A stretch of DNA of 63,785 bases, counting the filler, from Craspedostauros australis (lineage: Eukaryota): NCBI GenBank assembly GCA_030167865.1. It is 16 parts of 16 records of this genome, joined end to end, with 100 filler letters (N's around TTAATTAATTAA, not from the genome) between each part and the next. Parts side by side here need not be neighbours in the genome. Positions count along the whole stretch, not along the records: positions 35,059 to 41,964 come from JALAGF010001557.1; positions 42,065 to 48,007 come from JALAGF010001558.1; 14 more parts are not named here. One strand, written 5' to 3'. Position 1 is the first letter of the stretch; each line of letters begins with the position of its first letter. Under the pieces are notes generated by a model. That model was not told where the DNA came from. It worked only from the letters and a program-made list of their open reading frames with translations, and ran no database searches. Shown here piece by piece: positions 35,814-48,007 of this stretch. A program made the translations under genes and the position numbers.

Positions 35814-37336
35814 CGAGGGGCTCGTAACGGAAAACCGTCTTGTTTTTACGCAGTGCATGTCAGGAATAACAGATGTAATACTCTGAAACCGCATGAAGAT
35901 CAGCATCATGTCCGTGGCACACCACATGCAGATCAGCAACATGTCAGTGGCACACCAGATGAAGAGAATTGTGCGAGTGGAATAATGAATGCAAAGTGTG
36001 AATACAAAATGGAGAAGGGAAATTGTGCGACAAGATGGAAATCTTGGTCTCGTGATTCGCCACCAAGAACAAGAAAACGATAACAACAAAACAAAACAAA
36101 ATGAAACAAAAGCACAATTTGTGTGAAACAAGGACTCTGAATTGACGGCAAGTGGATTTCTCAACAAGTATGGTCTCCAGTTTGCGTTTGGAGGTGTTTC
36201 CTGTTGGCTGTCTCCTGAGAGGGCGGAAACCTTCCTTCAGAGGAAGGTCTTCCTTCGGAGGAAGAATCGGCCCTCGCTGAACCCCCAATCTTCCTCCAGA
36301 GGAAGGCGTACGAAGAACACCACGAAACAAACTCACAGGAATCACCTCGTTGCCTCCGAAATCGACACAAAGTCTCATAAAACAAATCAATCGTCAGATC
36401 GGAAACGCCAGCAACCAGCAATCAACCAACAACCAGCAGGCGTAAGAAAGAGACGACAAGCCCCTCTGAGGCCGCAACGAAGAGAATCAGCTCACAAGGT
36501 ACGCGCATATCACGAAGAAAGTGTGATGGAAAGTGAGCTGATGCGTGAGGAAGAATCGACAACGCACACGCGCAGATGCACACGCACACGCACACCTACA
36601 CAACGGAGAGTGCATTCATTTGCAAAACCGACGTCAAGACGCACGCGAACCGCGGATAGCGTCGCAGATGATACAGCAGCACTGATGAAATGGCAGCACG
36701 CACCACCGGTCGAGATGCAAGATACCTGCGAGTATGAGCACCATACTACATTCCAGTCAATCTTCGCGGCTCATTGTTCAGCGGTGCTGCGGCCCCTGTC
36801 GATGATGACCATCTCGTTCAGGATGCCTCGTGTCATGCCGATGCTAGACGCGCGCTGCTTCACATTCCGGTGTTCAAATCCCGCACCTCGTCCACGCCGA
36901 ATTAACTCATGCTGCTCTTTGCCATAACCATGGTTCCTTCTCTCCCCTTCCCTTCGCACGCGCAACTAATGCCTCCTGTGTGCGCAATCTTGACGTGATC
37001 GAATCTTCACGATGTTGTGTCGATTGATGGATATCGTTGATCTTCATTGATTGCCGTCGTTGTCGATGCTTGTCGCCACGTCTCGCGTCGTTCCACACAC
37101 CACCAATTCTGCGCACACAAACGAACACATCACTGCAACACTCACAATCGTTGCCGTTCTTCGTGGGACGAAACTCGCCGCCGAACTTACACATGGTGCT
37201 CGCCTTGCCAATCTCAACCCATACGTGATCCGTACCAACCCATTCTTGTGGCACGTACGCATACATGCACATCTACAAATGCGCCCGCCTTGCAGAACCA
37301 AATAGTCTCACGACGGCGACGAAGACAAAGGCAACC

Positions 37337-38320
37337 ATGATCTACACCAAGGCAGCCTTCGTGGCTTTTATCGCTGTCACCAACACGGCAACAACCCATG
37401 CTGTCCTCCGCGGCAACAGGACTCCCGTCGATCCAACCGTAGAGCTCCACAGGATGATGATGAAGACCCGCATCCTCATGGGCGCCGACACAGATACGAA
37501 GACCAACAAGGGCAACAAGAACAACCGACTGCCACCCATCGAAAATCCAGCTGGCGCAGAAACAACCGCGCCAACCGCATTGCCCACTAGGCCGCCGACA
37601 GGGTTGATTTCGGAGATGCCCTCGATGACGCCTGTCTCTCCGCCAACTGCGTCGCCGACCTCTCAACCAACTCTCCTGCCAACATCCAAGCCAACAGCGC
37701 CTCCATCCGGCTTTGATTCCACCATCGAGGTCATTTGCCAGCCAGACGGTCCCACCACGCTCACATCACAAGAAAGAAACGCCAAGACCATCATCTGCGA
37801 TGCGAACAAGCCATCCTGCCGCGAAGCCATCAGCGCCGTCAAGGAATCCCAGCAGCTGCAGAACTTCTTCGGATGTGCAGGAGACCTCGGTGAAGGAGCT
37901 GCAGGCAAGCTCTTCAACCAGTACGCGTCGCATGACGTGCTTGCTGGGCAGTTGACGTTGGTCGCTGCCACCAACGCAATCCTCGTCACCGAGCGAGCGG
38001 ATGCAATGGAGGAGGCGTGCATGACAATCGGAATGGCCCAGTCACCTCCCGTCGCAGACCCATGCTGCCAAGGACCCTCGGGATGCACCTCAGCCACCGG
38101 TTCCGCCTCCAACTCTCCTCCATTCATGACTGTTGCGATCACTGCATGCACCGGTGACAGCGCATGCAAGGACATGGGCCCCAATCCCCTCATCCTCGAT
38201 TCTTCCTGCACTGGTGCAAGTGCATGTGAGTTGATGAATGAGAACGAGATCAACCCAGCCATCACAGGAGTCACCTTCGTCGGTGAGATGGCATGCACCA
38301 CCCCTCAATCTTGTGAGGGA
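37337..38320 (+). pseudogene. Secreted Pro/Thr- and Cys-rich (cell wall/adhesion-like) protein truncated by an LTR insertion
   Basis: Signal peptide MIYTKAAFVAFIAVTNTATTHA, LRG and RIL (RXL) motifs, PTxxPT repeats, ACTGxxAC repeats; the stop is supplied by the LTR start TGTTAG. Confidence 0.7.
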
Positions 38321-38407
38321 TGTTAGAAACCCTATGATCTTAGCCAAGGCAGAATGCCAGAGTTTGTGCAGCAACCTGTAGAGGTCAAGCTATTGGTTGA
38401 TTGTTGT

Positions 38408-38470
<63 letters not shown>

Positions 38471-39062
38471 TGTTTGATTGTTGTCCAAGTTGGGGGTGTT
38501 ATGATTAGATTTTATCGTATGATTGTTATTAGAGCTAAACTAGTAACCATCTTAGCAAGAGAGACTACGAATCATCCGACTCGTCAGCATTCCAGTAGGT
38601 CGAACGAATGCTTCACTGGCCCCCACGTTTGGGGACAGATCCAGAACCTTGAAGCAGATCTTCGGAATTCGTGTCAGGGAACCAATAGGGTTCCGATAAC
38701 CAAGTTTCTGACACCCACCATCGCCAAAACGCCGACGCACGGAACCAAAGCCACAGCAACGCGCATCATCGCCCATTGTCTCTCACAGAACTCAGACAAC
38801 GGATCTCGACCCATGGTACTTGAGCTACACAACTCACACGCATTGTCATCCAGGACACCACAGGAGATCCCCCTCGAAGGGAAGAACCATAGCACTAATC
38901 TCATAATCCGCACGTTTCTTCACCATCTACCAGTATTCTAAATTGACTACTTGTGGAACAGAAGACTCACATTCGGATTGCTTGCCAGTCAAGCCTCTGC
39001 CTACAGCTAAAGAACAGCCAACAAGACAACAGCCATTACGTTTGGGCTCTATTCGATTAACA
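38321..39062 (+). mobile_element. Putative 5' LTR (742 bp) containing a (GT)n tract
   Basis: TGTTA...TAACA inverted termini, abrupt compositional change, directly followed by a gag-like ORF; (GT)n at 38412-38467. Confidence 0.65.
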
Positions 39063-39099
39063 GTTGCAAAAGATTGTCAAGCTCTTAGACCTCTGCAAG

Positions 39100-41784
39100 A
39101 TGACCGTCACCCAACGCCTCCAAGCCTCCAACCGGCCACCTCCCAAAAGGAGCCCAGGAGACAGGAACGAAGCCTTCGAGACCGTCCCTGTGGACCCGAA
39201 GGACCCAAGCCTCTCTGCCATCCTTGATGGCACGCCAGGCTACCCAACGACTGGGCCATCTTCGCTCTCCTTCGAGGAGATCGGAGTCGACTTCATCGAG
39301 GTTACCTTCCTACACCCCATCATCGTGGATGCATGGAATCGAAAGGAAAGAACCAACGAAGCCGAAATCGTGCGCCACGTCCACAAGACTACCTGGAACG
39401 CGTTCACGGAACTCAAGCAAGAGTTTTGGATCAGCATCGAAACCGCCATGATCTTTGATCTCTTTCCAGCCAAGACCCTTGCAGAAGAGAAGACCATCTC
39501 CCAACTGCTGATCACCATCCATGAAGAAGCCACCGACATGAACCCGGCTCTAATCATGTTCAACCTCAAGCACCCGGACGACGTTGCAAGGAACTACGAG
39601 ACAGGACTCCTCATCTACCACATCGGAGAATGGGTCAGATCCATCGAAGTTGAGGACGAATCCACTCTCGAATCCACCCTTGACGCGATGTTCGCCGACA
39701 CAGCCACCACCGCCAAAGCTATGGCAGACTTCTGCCGTTCCGAACGATGCGGCAAACGCCACCACAACCAAGCGTGGTTGCATGCCATCGGGGAACATAA
39801 GAAGGCACTCTCCAACGCATCCGCGACCAGCATCTCATCTGGGTCAGAAGCATCTACCCATAGAACCGGACGCGACAACGACAGCCACCCAGGAGGAACC
39901 CCATCTGGGCTCTCCCTCATGCTCGGTGGGAACACCCCGCACCGTACCCCACCCGACTTCCAGAACGAAACCCAACTCTCCAGCATCGCCAAGCAAGGAT
40001 CACAAAACATGTCACCAGTAATCATCGACACCCGTGGTACCACTCTGCCCAACGAAGACACCGAACCAGGCACCGATTACGACCAACACCCTGGTAACGA
40101 CGATACCGTAGACGCACCCGACAACCGCGGTCCCACAGGACGGAACCGACTTTTCCCCAACGTAGACCCTGCGACGATCGGCGACTACAACCGCAACCCA
40201 ACCGGCGCCAAGGTAGTAACCTTCGCCCCCGAAACGACCACCGGAGGCCCAGGAGGTACCAACCCACCCCGGATGAGCTACCCAGGGAATGACGGGAACC
40301 ATCCACCCCACAATCGGAACCCGCATCCCTACCACGGTACCGCGGATACACCAGCCTCACATGGCGTGAGTAACTATCGAGGCAACAACGGGCACGAACC
40401 TGTGAACCGAAACCCTGCCAGTAACCCACCCGCGAACCATGGGACAAGCCGTCCGCATCGTGACAACCATGGACCTCCAATTAACCATGGACACCACGGC
40501 GGCAACCCGTATGGGCATCCCCCTAACATGGGAAACCAACTCCCTCATGGCCCACCGATTCCGATGTACCACGGAACCCACCCAGGAGGATTCCCGCCCA
40601 TTGGAATCCCCATCCCCATGGGCCATTTTCCCCATGGAGCCGGAGGTTTCCCAATGCCACAAGGAGCCTTCACCCCCGTTGGACACCCTCACCCCGGGTA
40701 TCCACCTCGACCACCCGCGTATGGGTACCGCCCAACCGATCCCAATGGAGGTTTCGGAAGACATGACCCACGCAACATGGGCCCGAACACCCCACACGGG
40801 CAACACGAACCCGGGTATGCACCCCATCGAGGATCCACCCGCAGCGAACCACCAGTCGCCCAGGTCAAGCTAACGAAGCGACGCCCCATCCCTGACTCCG
40901 TCAAATTCACGAGTGATGCGGCATCCTTTCAAGTGGTGAAACACCAAATCCATGCTCACCTCCTTGGAAATGACATGGCGTACCTGATCAACGACCAGTT
41001 CCGGCACCGATACCATTCCCAAGGAATCCACGCGATCAAGGACCACATCGACCCGGTGACAGGNNNNNNNNNNNNNNNNNNNNNNNNNNNNNNNNNNNNN
41101 NNNNNNNNNNNNNNNNNNNNNNNNNNNNNNNNNNNNNNNNNNNNNNNNNNNNNNNNNNNNNNNNNNNNNNNNNNNNNNNNNNNNNNNNNNNNNNNNNNNN
41201 NNNNNNNNNNNNNNNNNAATACCTACGATAACGACTGGATCCGAGGAATGGAGGTCGACTCTCTGATGAAGAGGGTACACGACTTCAACCCCAGCAGACA
41301 GGACCTGGGATCCTACGTGAAGGAAATCCAGGAGATATTCGCGAACGTGAATTTCCTTGCGACCAATCCGGATCAACAAGTCTCCGACGCGCAACAACGC
41401 CGCACGCTCCTCAATCACCTCATCGGTTGCGACGACATCAACGTTCGTACCATGGTCAGGAGCATCGAGCGAAGCCCAGACATGCAGTCGATGGGAGCCA
41501 CCTGCATGTACCTCATCTCCGAGTCCGCCAGAGACAATGCGGTAGCCAACACCCAGCGGGGATCAAGGTCCGGCAAACGCAGGATCTTCAAGACAACCGC
41601 CGAAGCGAACCAAGATCAAGGTGAATCCAATACCGAGATGGTCATTAATGCCATCTTTGATAATCAGCAATTACACACAGGACAAGAGGGGAGCACCAAA
41701 CACTGCACTTACTACGCCGCCTGGGTGATCAATCCAATAGGTGAAGTTGGAGATGTTTGGTGTATGTTGTTGTTGCTAAGTTAG
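39100..41784 (+). mobile_element. CoDi-like gag ORF, apparently lacking pol
   Basis: ATG at 39100; P/G/H-rich region, then KFTSDAASFQVVKHQIHAHLLGNDMAYLINDQF and DAQQRRTLLNHL. Composition changes after about 41640; N gap inside. Confidence 0.6.
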
Positions 41785-42064
41785 TGTGTCAATTGATGAT
41801 TGAGTTTGGATTATGAGATGATGATCTCCTATTTCTAATGATGGTGCCTAATGCACGTGCTGCTTGATTACCTCGTGTTGTATCTCGCAGTCTTTCCTAA
41901 AACATTGCCCAAGATGGCATGTTGATTTACACGATATCCCGTGTTATTCTCGCCCTTGGGTCTTNNNNNNNNNNNNNNNNNNNNNNNNNNNNNNNNNNNN
42001 NNNNNNNNTTAATTAATTAANNNNNNNNNNNNNNNNNNNNNNNNNNNNNNNNNNNNNNNNNNNN

Positions 42065-42216
42065 GCCAGGTACTCGTACCGCGCAACCGGGAGGATGCGC
42101 TTGGCGGCCACCTGGAAGTCGTCCACGTTGAGGAGACGATCCACATTGGCCGTCGTGTGGGCGCTGCTTGAGGTGCCGAAGTGCGATGGCATGTTGTTGG
42201 TGGCCATCCCGAACAT
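42065..42216 (-). CDS. FMN-dependent alpha-hydroxy acid oxidase (glycolate oxidase/L-lactate dehydrogenase family), N-terminus only
   Basis: LLNVDDFQVAAKRILPVARYEYLA is typical of this family's N-terminus; cut by contig end. Confidence 0.75.
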
Positions 42217-42377
42217 GGAAAGTGTCAATGAGGCCGACGGCTGAGTCAAAGCCACAGGCTATACTTGTACCATACGAGCTCCCCATCACTTCAGTATACC
42301 CACGAGCAAAGAGTAGACCAAATCTACTTTCTAAGCATCTCGATTCCAATACCAGCAGAAGATGAACATCTTGATCA

Positions 42378-43223
42378 TTATCGATATCTGCTGGAGAGGA
42401 ATCCGTAGGAAAATGATACAGTGCGCGACGGCACGTATTGTTGTCGCTGCGGGGTCTGTGCCCGTCTTCTTGTTTGCGCTCTTGGTACCGCAGTCCGTCG
42501 AGCGCGCGGTTCTCGTGGTGCCGCTATCGACGTCCCATCTGTTGCCGGTCTTCTTGTTTGCGCTCTTGGTACCGCAGTCCGTCGAGCACGCGGTTCTCGT
42601 GGTGCCGCTATCGACGTCTCATCTGTTGCCCGTCTTCTTGTTTGCGTTCTTGGTGCCGCAGTCCGTCGAGTGCGCAGTTCTTGTGGTGCCGCTGCCGACG
42701 TCCCATCTGTTGCCCGTCTTCTTGTTTGCGTTCTTGGTGCCGCAGTCCGCCGAGCGCGCGGTTCTCGTGGTGCCGCTATCGACGTCCCATCTGTTGCCCG
42801 TCTTCTTGTTTGCGCTCTTGGTGCCGCAGTCCGTCGAGTGCGCAGTTCTTGTGGTGCCGCTATCGACGTCCCATCTGTTGCCCGTCTTCTTTTTTGCGTT
42901 CTTGGTGCCAGAGTCCGTCGAGCGCGCAGTTCTTGTGGTGCCGCTATCGACGTTCCACCTGTTGGCGGTACCGTTCGTTCGTGCTCTTCCAAGGAAATGC
43001 GGCAGATTGGGCATGTGCTGTTGATGCTGATCCATTGCTGAATGCACGCAGGATGGAATCCGTGCATGCAGGGTAGCATCTGCTTGGCCTCCCCTTCTTT
43101 GTATCGTTCGAAGCAGATCGTGCACTCGTGGCGCTCGAAGTCGTTGTCTTCGTACGTGGACGTTGGCTTTGTGGATGCTGCGTCATTCGTTTCATCCTTG
43201 ACGGTAAAATTGGAGACAGGCAT
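42378..43223 (-). CDS. RING-H2 finger protein with a C-terminal 28-aa tandem repeat
   Basis: CTICFERY...LPCMHGFHPACIQQWISINSTCPIC; probable start MPVSNF at 43223. Confidence 0.8.
   Translation of the reverse strand: MPVSNFTVKDETNDAASTKPTSTYEDNDFERHECTICFERYKEGEAKQMLPCMHGFHPACIQQWISINSTCPICRISLEEHERTVPPTGGTSIAAPQELRARRTLAPRTQKRRRATDGTSIAAPQELRTRRTAAPRAQTRRRATDGTSIAAPREPRARRTAAPRTQTRRRATDGTSAAAPQELRTRRTAAPRTQTRRRATDETSIAAPREPRARRTAVPRAQTRRPATDGTSIAAPREPRARRTAVPRAQTRRRAQTPQRQQYVPSRTVSFSYGFLSSRYR
42461..42964. repeat. 84-bp minisatellite, 6 copies
   Basis: Units start at 42461, 42545, 42629, 42713, 42797 and 42881. Confidence 0.95.
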
Positions 43224-43802
43224 TTCGAGTTGCTGTTGGTTGATGATCATGAAACGGTGCCGCAGCGAGCGCGACAGATCCACGAGTTGATCCCTCCACA
43301 ACGAAACGCAAGAGCGAAAGCGATCCCTCAGTCTCACAGCGATCGCAGTGACAAGTGCCGGCCGGGAGCTGTTTCCGAACACGAAGAGCCACAAACAGCC
43401 GACGTATTGAAATGGTGACGGTGGTAGGATAAGACCGTATCCAACGTGTTGACTTGCGGATTGTGTCTGCTTCTTGTCGTTTCGTTCCGATGAACGGAAT
43501 GTTGTGATACAGATTGTCAAAGTGCACAAGTAACTACTGTAGACGTATTGGCCCGTTGTTGCGTGCCATGATCGGAGCTCTTGTTCTTGCATCGTGAGTT
43601 GTCCGAAGACAATCCCCCAACCAGCAAGGCACCAGAATCCTGTTGAAACTGACATTTGATCGCACTTGACCAAGACGACCACTCCAAGAACACAATCACG
43701 ATTCGACTACAGCGACTACTATGTTCGACTAGTAGAAGGCAATATAACGTCTATAACCGTTACAGTTTTAAAATCCGAACACCAGGCTACTCGCAATTAA
43801 AC

Positions 43803-43910
43803 GTTGAAACTATCACTGATCTGTTGAAACTAATGACGAAACGTTGAAACTAATGAAGAAACGTTGAAACTATCGGCGAGGTGTTGAAACTAATAGAGAG
43901 CCATTTGAAA
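43803..43910 (+). repeat. 20-bp-period array with invariant core GTTGAAACTA, 5 copies plus a partial
   Basis: Cores at 43803, 43823, 43843, 43863 and 43883, separated by variable 10-nt spacers. Confidence 0.9.
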
Positions 43911-44764
43911 GCAGTCACGATTCATTCGTGAAGCCTCGTGACACTCCAGATGAAAAATGACGCACGTGATTTGATCGAGGCAATGTCATCACACAACAGG
44001 GCAACGGCGGAAAAGCCTCCATTTCTGTTCGCGTTTTGTTGGCGCTCTTGCCATCCACTATCCACTATCCATCAGTCATCATACAATCGAACAAGACAGG
44101 AAGCCCAACAAGCTGGGCAACAAGCACCGAAGGAAGGCATTGAGGCGGAGGCAGCAAGGGAAAGCGTGCCGCAACCATTGCAAGCACCAGAGGAAGGCAG
44201 CAAGGTAGAGGCAGCAAGGGCAGCAGCACGGCAACCCAGAAATCAACCAAAATTGATTTCCTGGGGCACTGTGAAGTGCTCACACTTGGCCTCAACTATA
44301 GTCGTTCGTTTGCTATTTCATTACTTGGCTACTCTGATCCTCTCGGTGTACACCCGTTCTCTTGTCCGATGCTCTTGGTGCTTCAATCTGTTTTGTAGAT
44401 TTGGTCTCCGAGTATGAGTCGGTGTGTGAGATGCTCTCTTGCTACTCTTCGTATTCTCTCTCTCAATATTGTGTGCTCGTGCTACACAATATTCTGTGTT
44501 CAATGCGTACTCCGCATTTGACACTTCGTTTGTTCCTTACTGGTTCCTACTCCATGAGTACTTACCATTTGAACTTCACCTCCTGTATCCATGATCTTGA
44601 TGTCCTTGGTCATTGGATCTTCACCTCCTGCTCTGACCTGGAGATAGATGTTGACATGGTGACACAATGACATCCTGTCAATGTCAGCAGGCGTCCTTCT
44701 GCTCTCCAGATGTCATGTTCCATTGGTGATGGAGTGGTCTGTCAGATGATATCGTCATCTGAGG

Positions 44765-44890
44765 TTTAGTTGGGAAGTGCCTTGAGATTCCCTTGGTACC
44801 ATTGATGGATGGACGGACGATGTTTCTAATTCTCTCAGAAATCGTCAATTGCAAATTTCCTCCAGAAATTCTGCTGTTCTTTTCTCTGTG
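44765..44890 (-). repeat. Dispersed repeat; diverged copy at 63662-63785 (+)
   Basis: Reverse complement shares ATTTCTGGAGGAAATTT...GATTTCTGAGAGAATT...ATCGTCCGTCCATCCATCAATGGTACCAAG...ACTTCCCAACTAAA. Confidence 0.9.
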
Positions 44891-46052
44891 TTGCGCCTTT
44901 TGTGCTCGTTTCTGTCCCTGTTGTTGCTTGCTGCTGTTCATGACTCACATGAGTCCTTGTGACCGGTTTCGCTCCAATAGACTAGCCCCTCATCTCACGC
45001 TCATGCCATGGATGAATTCGTTGACGCAGTTGCTGTTCATGTTCCATCAAACCGCGTCCGAACCGTTCTGTGGAGGTAGCCTGATGTTCTTTCTTGATCT
45101 CCAGCGCAACTATGGCCAATCGAACACTGGCCTCTACATTGCGCACGCAATACATGCTAAAATGCACGCACATTGCGTGGAAATTATGCGCAGCGCAGTT
45201 GCACATGCTCAGCGATGTGGAAGATCCAAAGAAGAGCGATCAGAGCATGGCGAGATTGAACTCCTTGGTGTGAAAAACTTCAATCTGCTCTATTCTGGAC
45301 TGCTCTTGTGTGCTGTTGCTAACCAAGGGATCACTGCTCTCCCAAGCAGGATGGATGCAATGATACACATGCATCCAAGTTGCTGTTGCCAAGGTGATTG
45401 CTGGTGGACGGAATTCCGGAGTACGGCTGAAATGCTATTGCAGAACTTATCAACCATATCATTAACTGCAATGCTATACGATGAACAATAGATGATACCA
45501 GGATATAAGGAACTGATCATTGTACGTGAGGAACACATCAGGGCACACACAAAATCGCTCACGAGACATCGTGGTGATGGGCATTCGTGAATGGCAAGGA
45601 CGAGTGGCGACTCCAGAGAAACGAGCAGATCTCGACAACTACCTCACCAATCGCCACCAAAGTTGGGGAGGGGTGATGAAAAGCCACACATGAGAGTGCT
45701 CACGAAAGGAGAGCTCAAATGAACTTAGCGCCATGGACTTGCGGAGGAGGTTTGTGACAGAAAAGGTGTATTTGTTGGGCTGGTTCGGATGGGACTGACG
45801 TCCTCACAAAATGCAGTCGCGTTTGCAACGATAATGACTCATACGACTAGATATCAATTGTCGCCGACAGCCACCAACAAAGTTGGCCTCCACCCAAGCC
45901 AAAAGACGCGGGTTTCAATTCACTCATTTGTCTTGGATCCATCCACCTCAGATGGGCTTGATGGCAAACGCCAACCACAAGATCATCAACAGGAAGAGTA
46001 TCAACAGGAAGAGCATCAGCCGGATTTCTCGCCAGCCAGCGATAATCGTACC

Positions 46053-48007
46053 ATGGTTGCATCTGCGACGCTGAAGCACATGCGGAATGCAGCAAAAGGC
46101 TACCTGTACTTCCTGAAGCAGCATGATGCATCGAAATGGCCCCGGACTACGACCGAGATGATGTTTTTGATGACGGGGATGCAGCAGCCAACGAAGGCCA
46201 GCTTCATCGATGGCATTCGAGGCCGAATCAAGTGCCAACACCTGATGGAATGGGCTCAAGCAGCCTTGACGAAGGCAGGCCCCGAAGACGTGCAGTTGGA
46301 ACTCCAAGGCTACCTTGATAGCACCAACGCGTTCAAAGTCAAGAATAGCCAGTTCACATACAAGCCCACTGCCATGAACAACCTCCTGATCAATTACCGA
46401 CCCGTCTTTACCCAAAGTGCCAACAGCATGAGCACCAACGTGGAGATCACCGATGAGGAGATCACCAACGAGGAGGAGATCAACGAGGAGAGCACCAACA
46501 ACAACAACGACAGTGACAGTCCAAAACCCAAAGCTGAGGAAGATTTCAACGAGAACTCCGAAAATTCCATTTCCGCGAGTACTGGTAGTAGTACTGATAC
46601 GGATACCAGCATGCCGGACGCACACCAGCAACAAATCAAGGAGGAGGAAGCTGTGCGAAAGAAGGGGAAAGCTGGGCGAAAGAAGGAGAAAACTCGGCGA
46701 AAGAAGGAGAAAACTCAGCGAAAGAAGGAAGCTCGGCAAGAGAGGGAGGAAGCTCGGCAAGAGAAGGAGGAGGCTCGGCGAGAGGAGAAGGAGGCTCGGC
46801 GAGAGAAGGAGGAAGCTCGGCGAAAGGAGAAGGAGGCTCAGCGAAAGGAGGAAGAAGAAGCTCGGCGAAAGAAAGAGGAGGAAGCTCGGCGCAAGAAAGA
46901 GGAGGAGACCACCAAGCACCTCAACGAAACCCTCAATCAACACAAGGCGTTGCTCACAAAGACATTCGACGATTCGGCCAACGTCGACTCCATCCTCACG
47001 CTGCTCAGTGCGGATCTGGTTGATGACCTCCACAAGATCAAGGACAGCGTTTCCGACATCGTCCTGGACGAAGACCGCCGCCCAACCGCCTGGGCGAACG
47101 ACCAACGAATCCTACTCGGAGAAGACGCGGATCGGGTGATTTCCAATGATGAGATTGCCTTTGTCATCAACAACATCGGTGACTTCGGTGAGGACAATCG
47201 GGCTGTGATGGAGAACCAGCTGCACCGCATCTCTGCCATGCGCAACAGGCATTCTCACATCATCGGTCTCACCTTGCGTGTGGGCCGGCATGTCTCTGGC
47301 AACGCTGCCATGATCGCTGATCTACTCCTGAACCATCCCAACAGCAAAGATACGATGCCACCCTCCATCCTGTTCCTCGGTGAACCTGGCAGCGGCAAGA
47401 CCACCGCCATCCGAGACGTCACACGCGTCCTGGCCGACAGGAACAACGTGGTGATCATCGACACATCCAACGAAATCGCTGGAGACGGAGATCTCCCCCA
47501 CCCTTGCGTCGGGCACGCCAGGCGTCTCATGGTGCCGACTCCCAATGCGCAGGCCTCCGTGATGGTGGAATGCGTGCAGAACCATACTCCCCATGCCATG
47601 GTGCTGGATGAAATCGGTCGCAAACAGGAAGTCGACGCGACCAGGTCCTGCAAGAATCGCGGCGTGCGCTTTGTGGCATCTGCACACGGTGATCTTCGGC
47701 AGCTCGTGAACAACCCGAAGCTGGTTGGTTTGCTGGGAGGGATCCAGAGTGTGATCCTCAGCGATGTCGAAGCTCGCAAGGGCCCCCAATCGAATGAGAG
47801 CGCCGCAATAGCCAAGGTGAAGCGCCAACGGTCGGAGCAACCAGTCTTTGACGTCATCGTCGAACTCAGCCGCAACAGTTTCAACCAATGGCGGGTCATT
47901 ACAGACGTTACCACCGCTGTCGACGCCACACTCAACGCAAAGGCCTTTGACTACGAGCAACGAACTCGGGATCCGACGACTGGTGAGATGACTGTCGAGC
48001 TCAAGAA
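46053..48007 (+). CDS. Ycf45/SpoIIIAA-like AAA+ ATPase with a charged coiled-coil N-terminal extension, 3' truncated
   Basis: GLTLRVGR, Walker A GEPGSGKT, DTSNEIAGDGDLPH, QNHTP, Walker B VLDEIG, ASAHG; EEARR heptad repeats at about 46640-46910; start uncertain (ORF open from 45789). Confidence 0.88.

Noticed and set aside
43803..43910. CRISPR array (GTTGAAAC resembles CRISPR repeat ends)
   Set aside because: Repeat and spacers are only 10 nt, some spacers are similar to each other, there are no cas genes, and the context is eukaryotic
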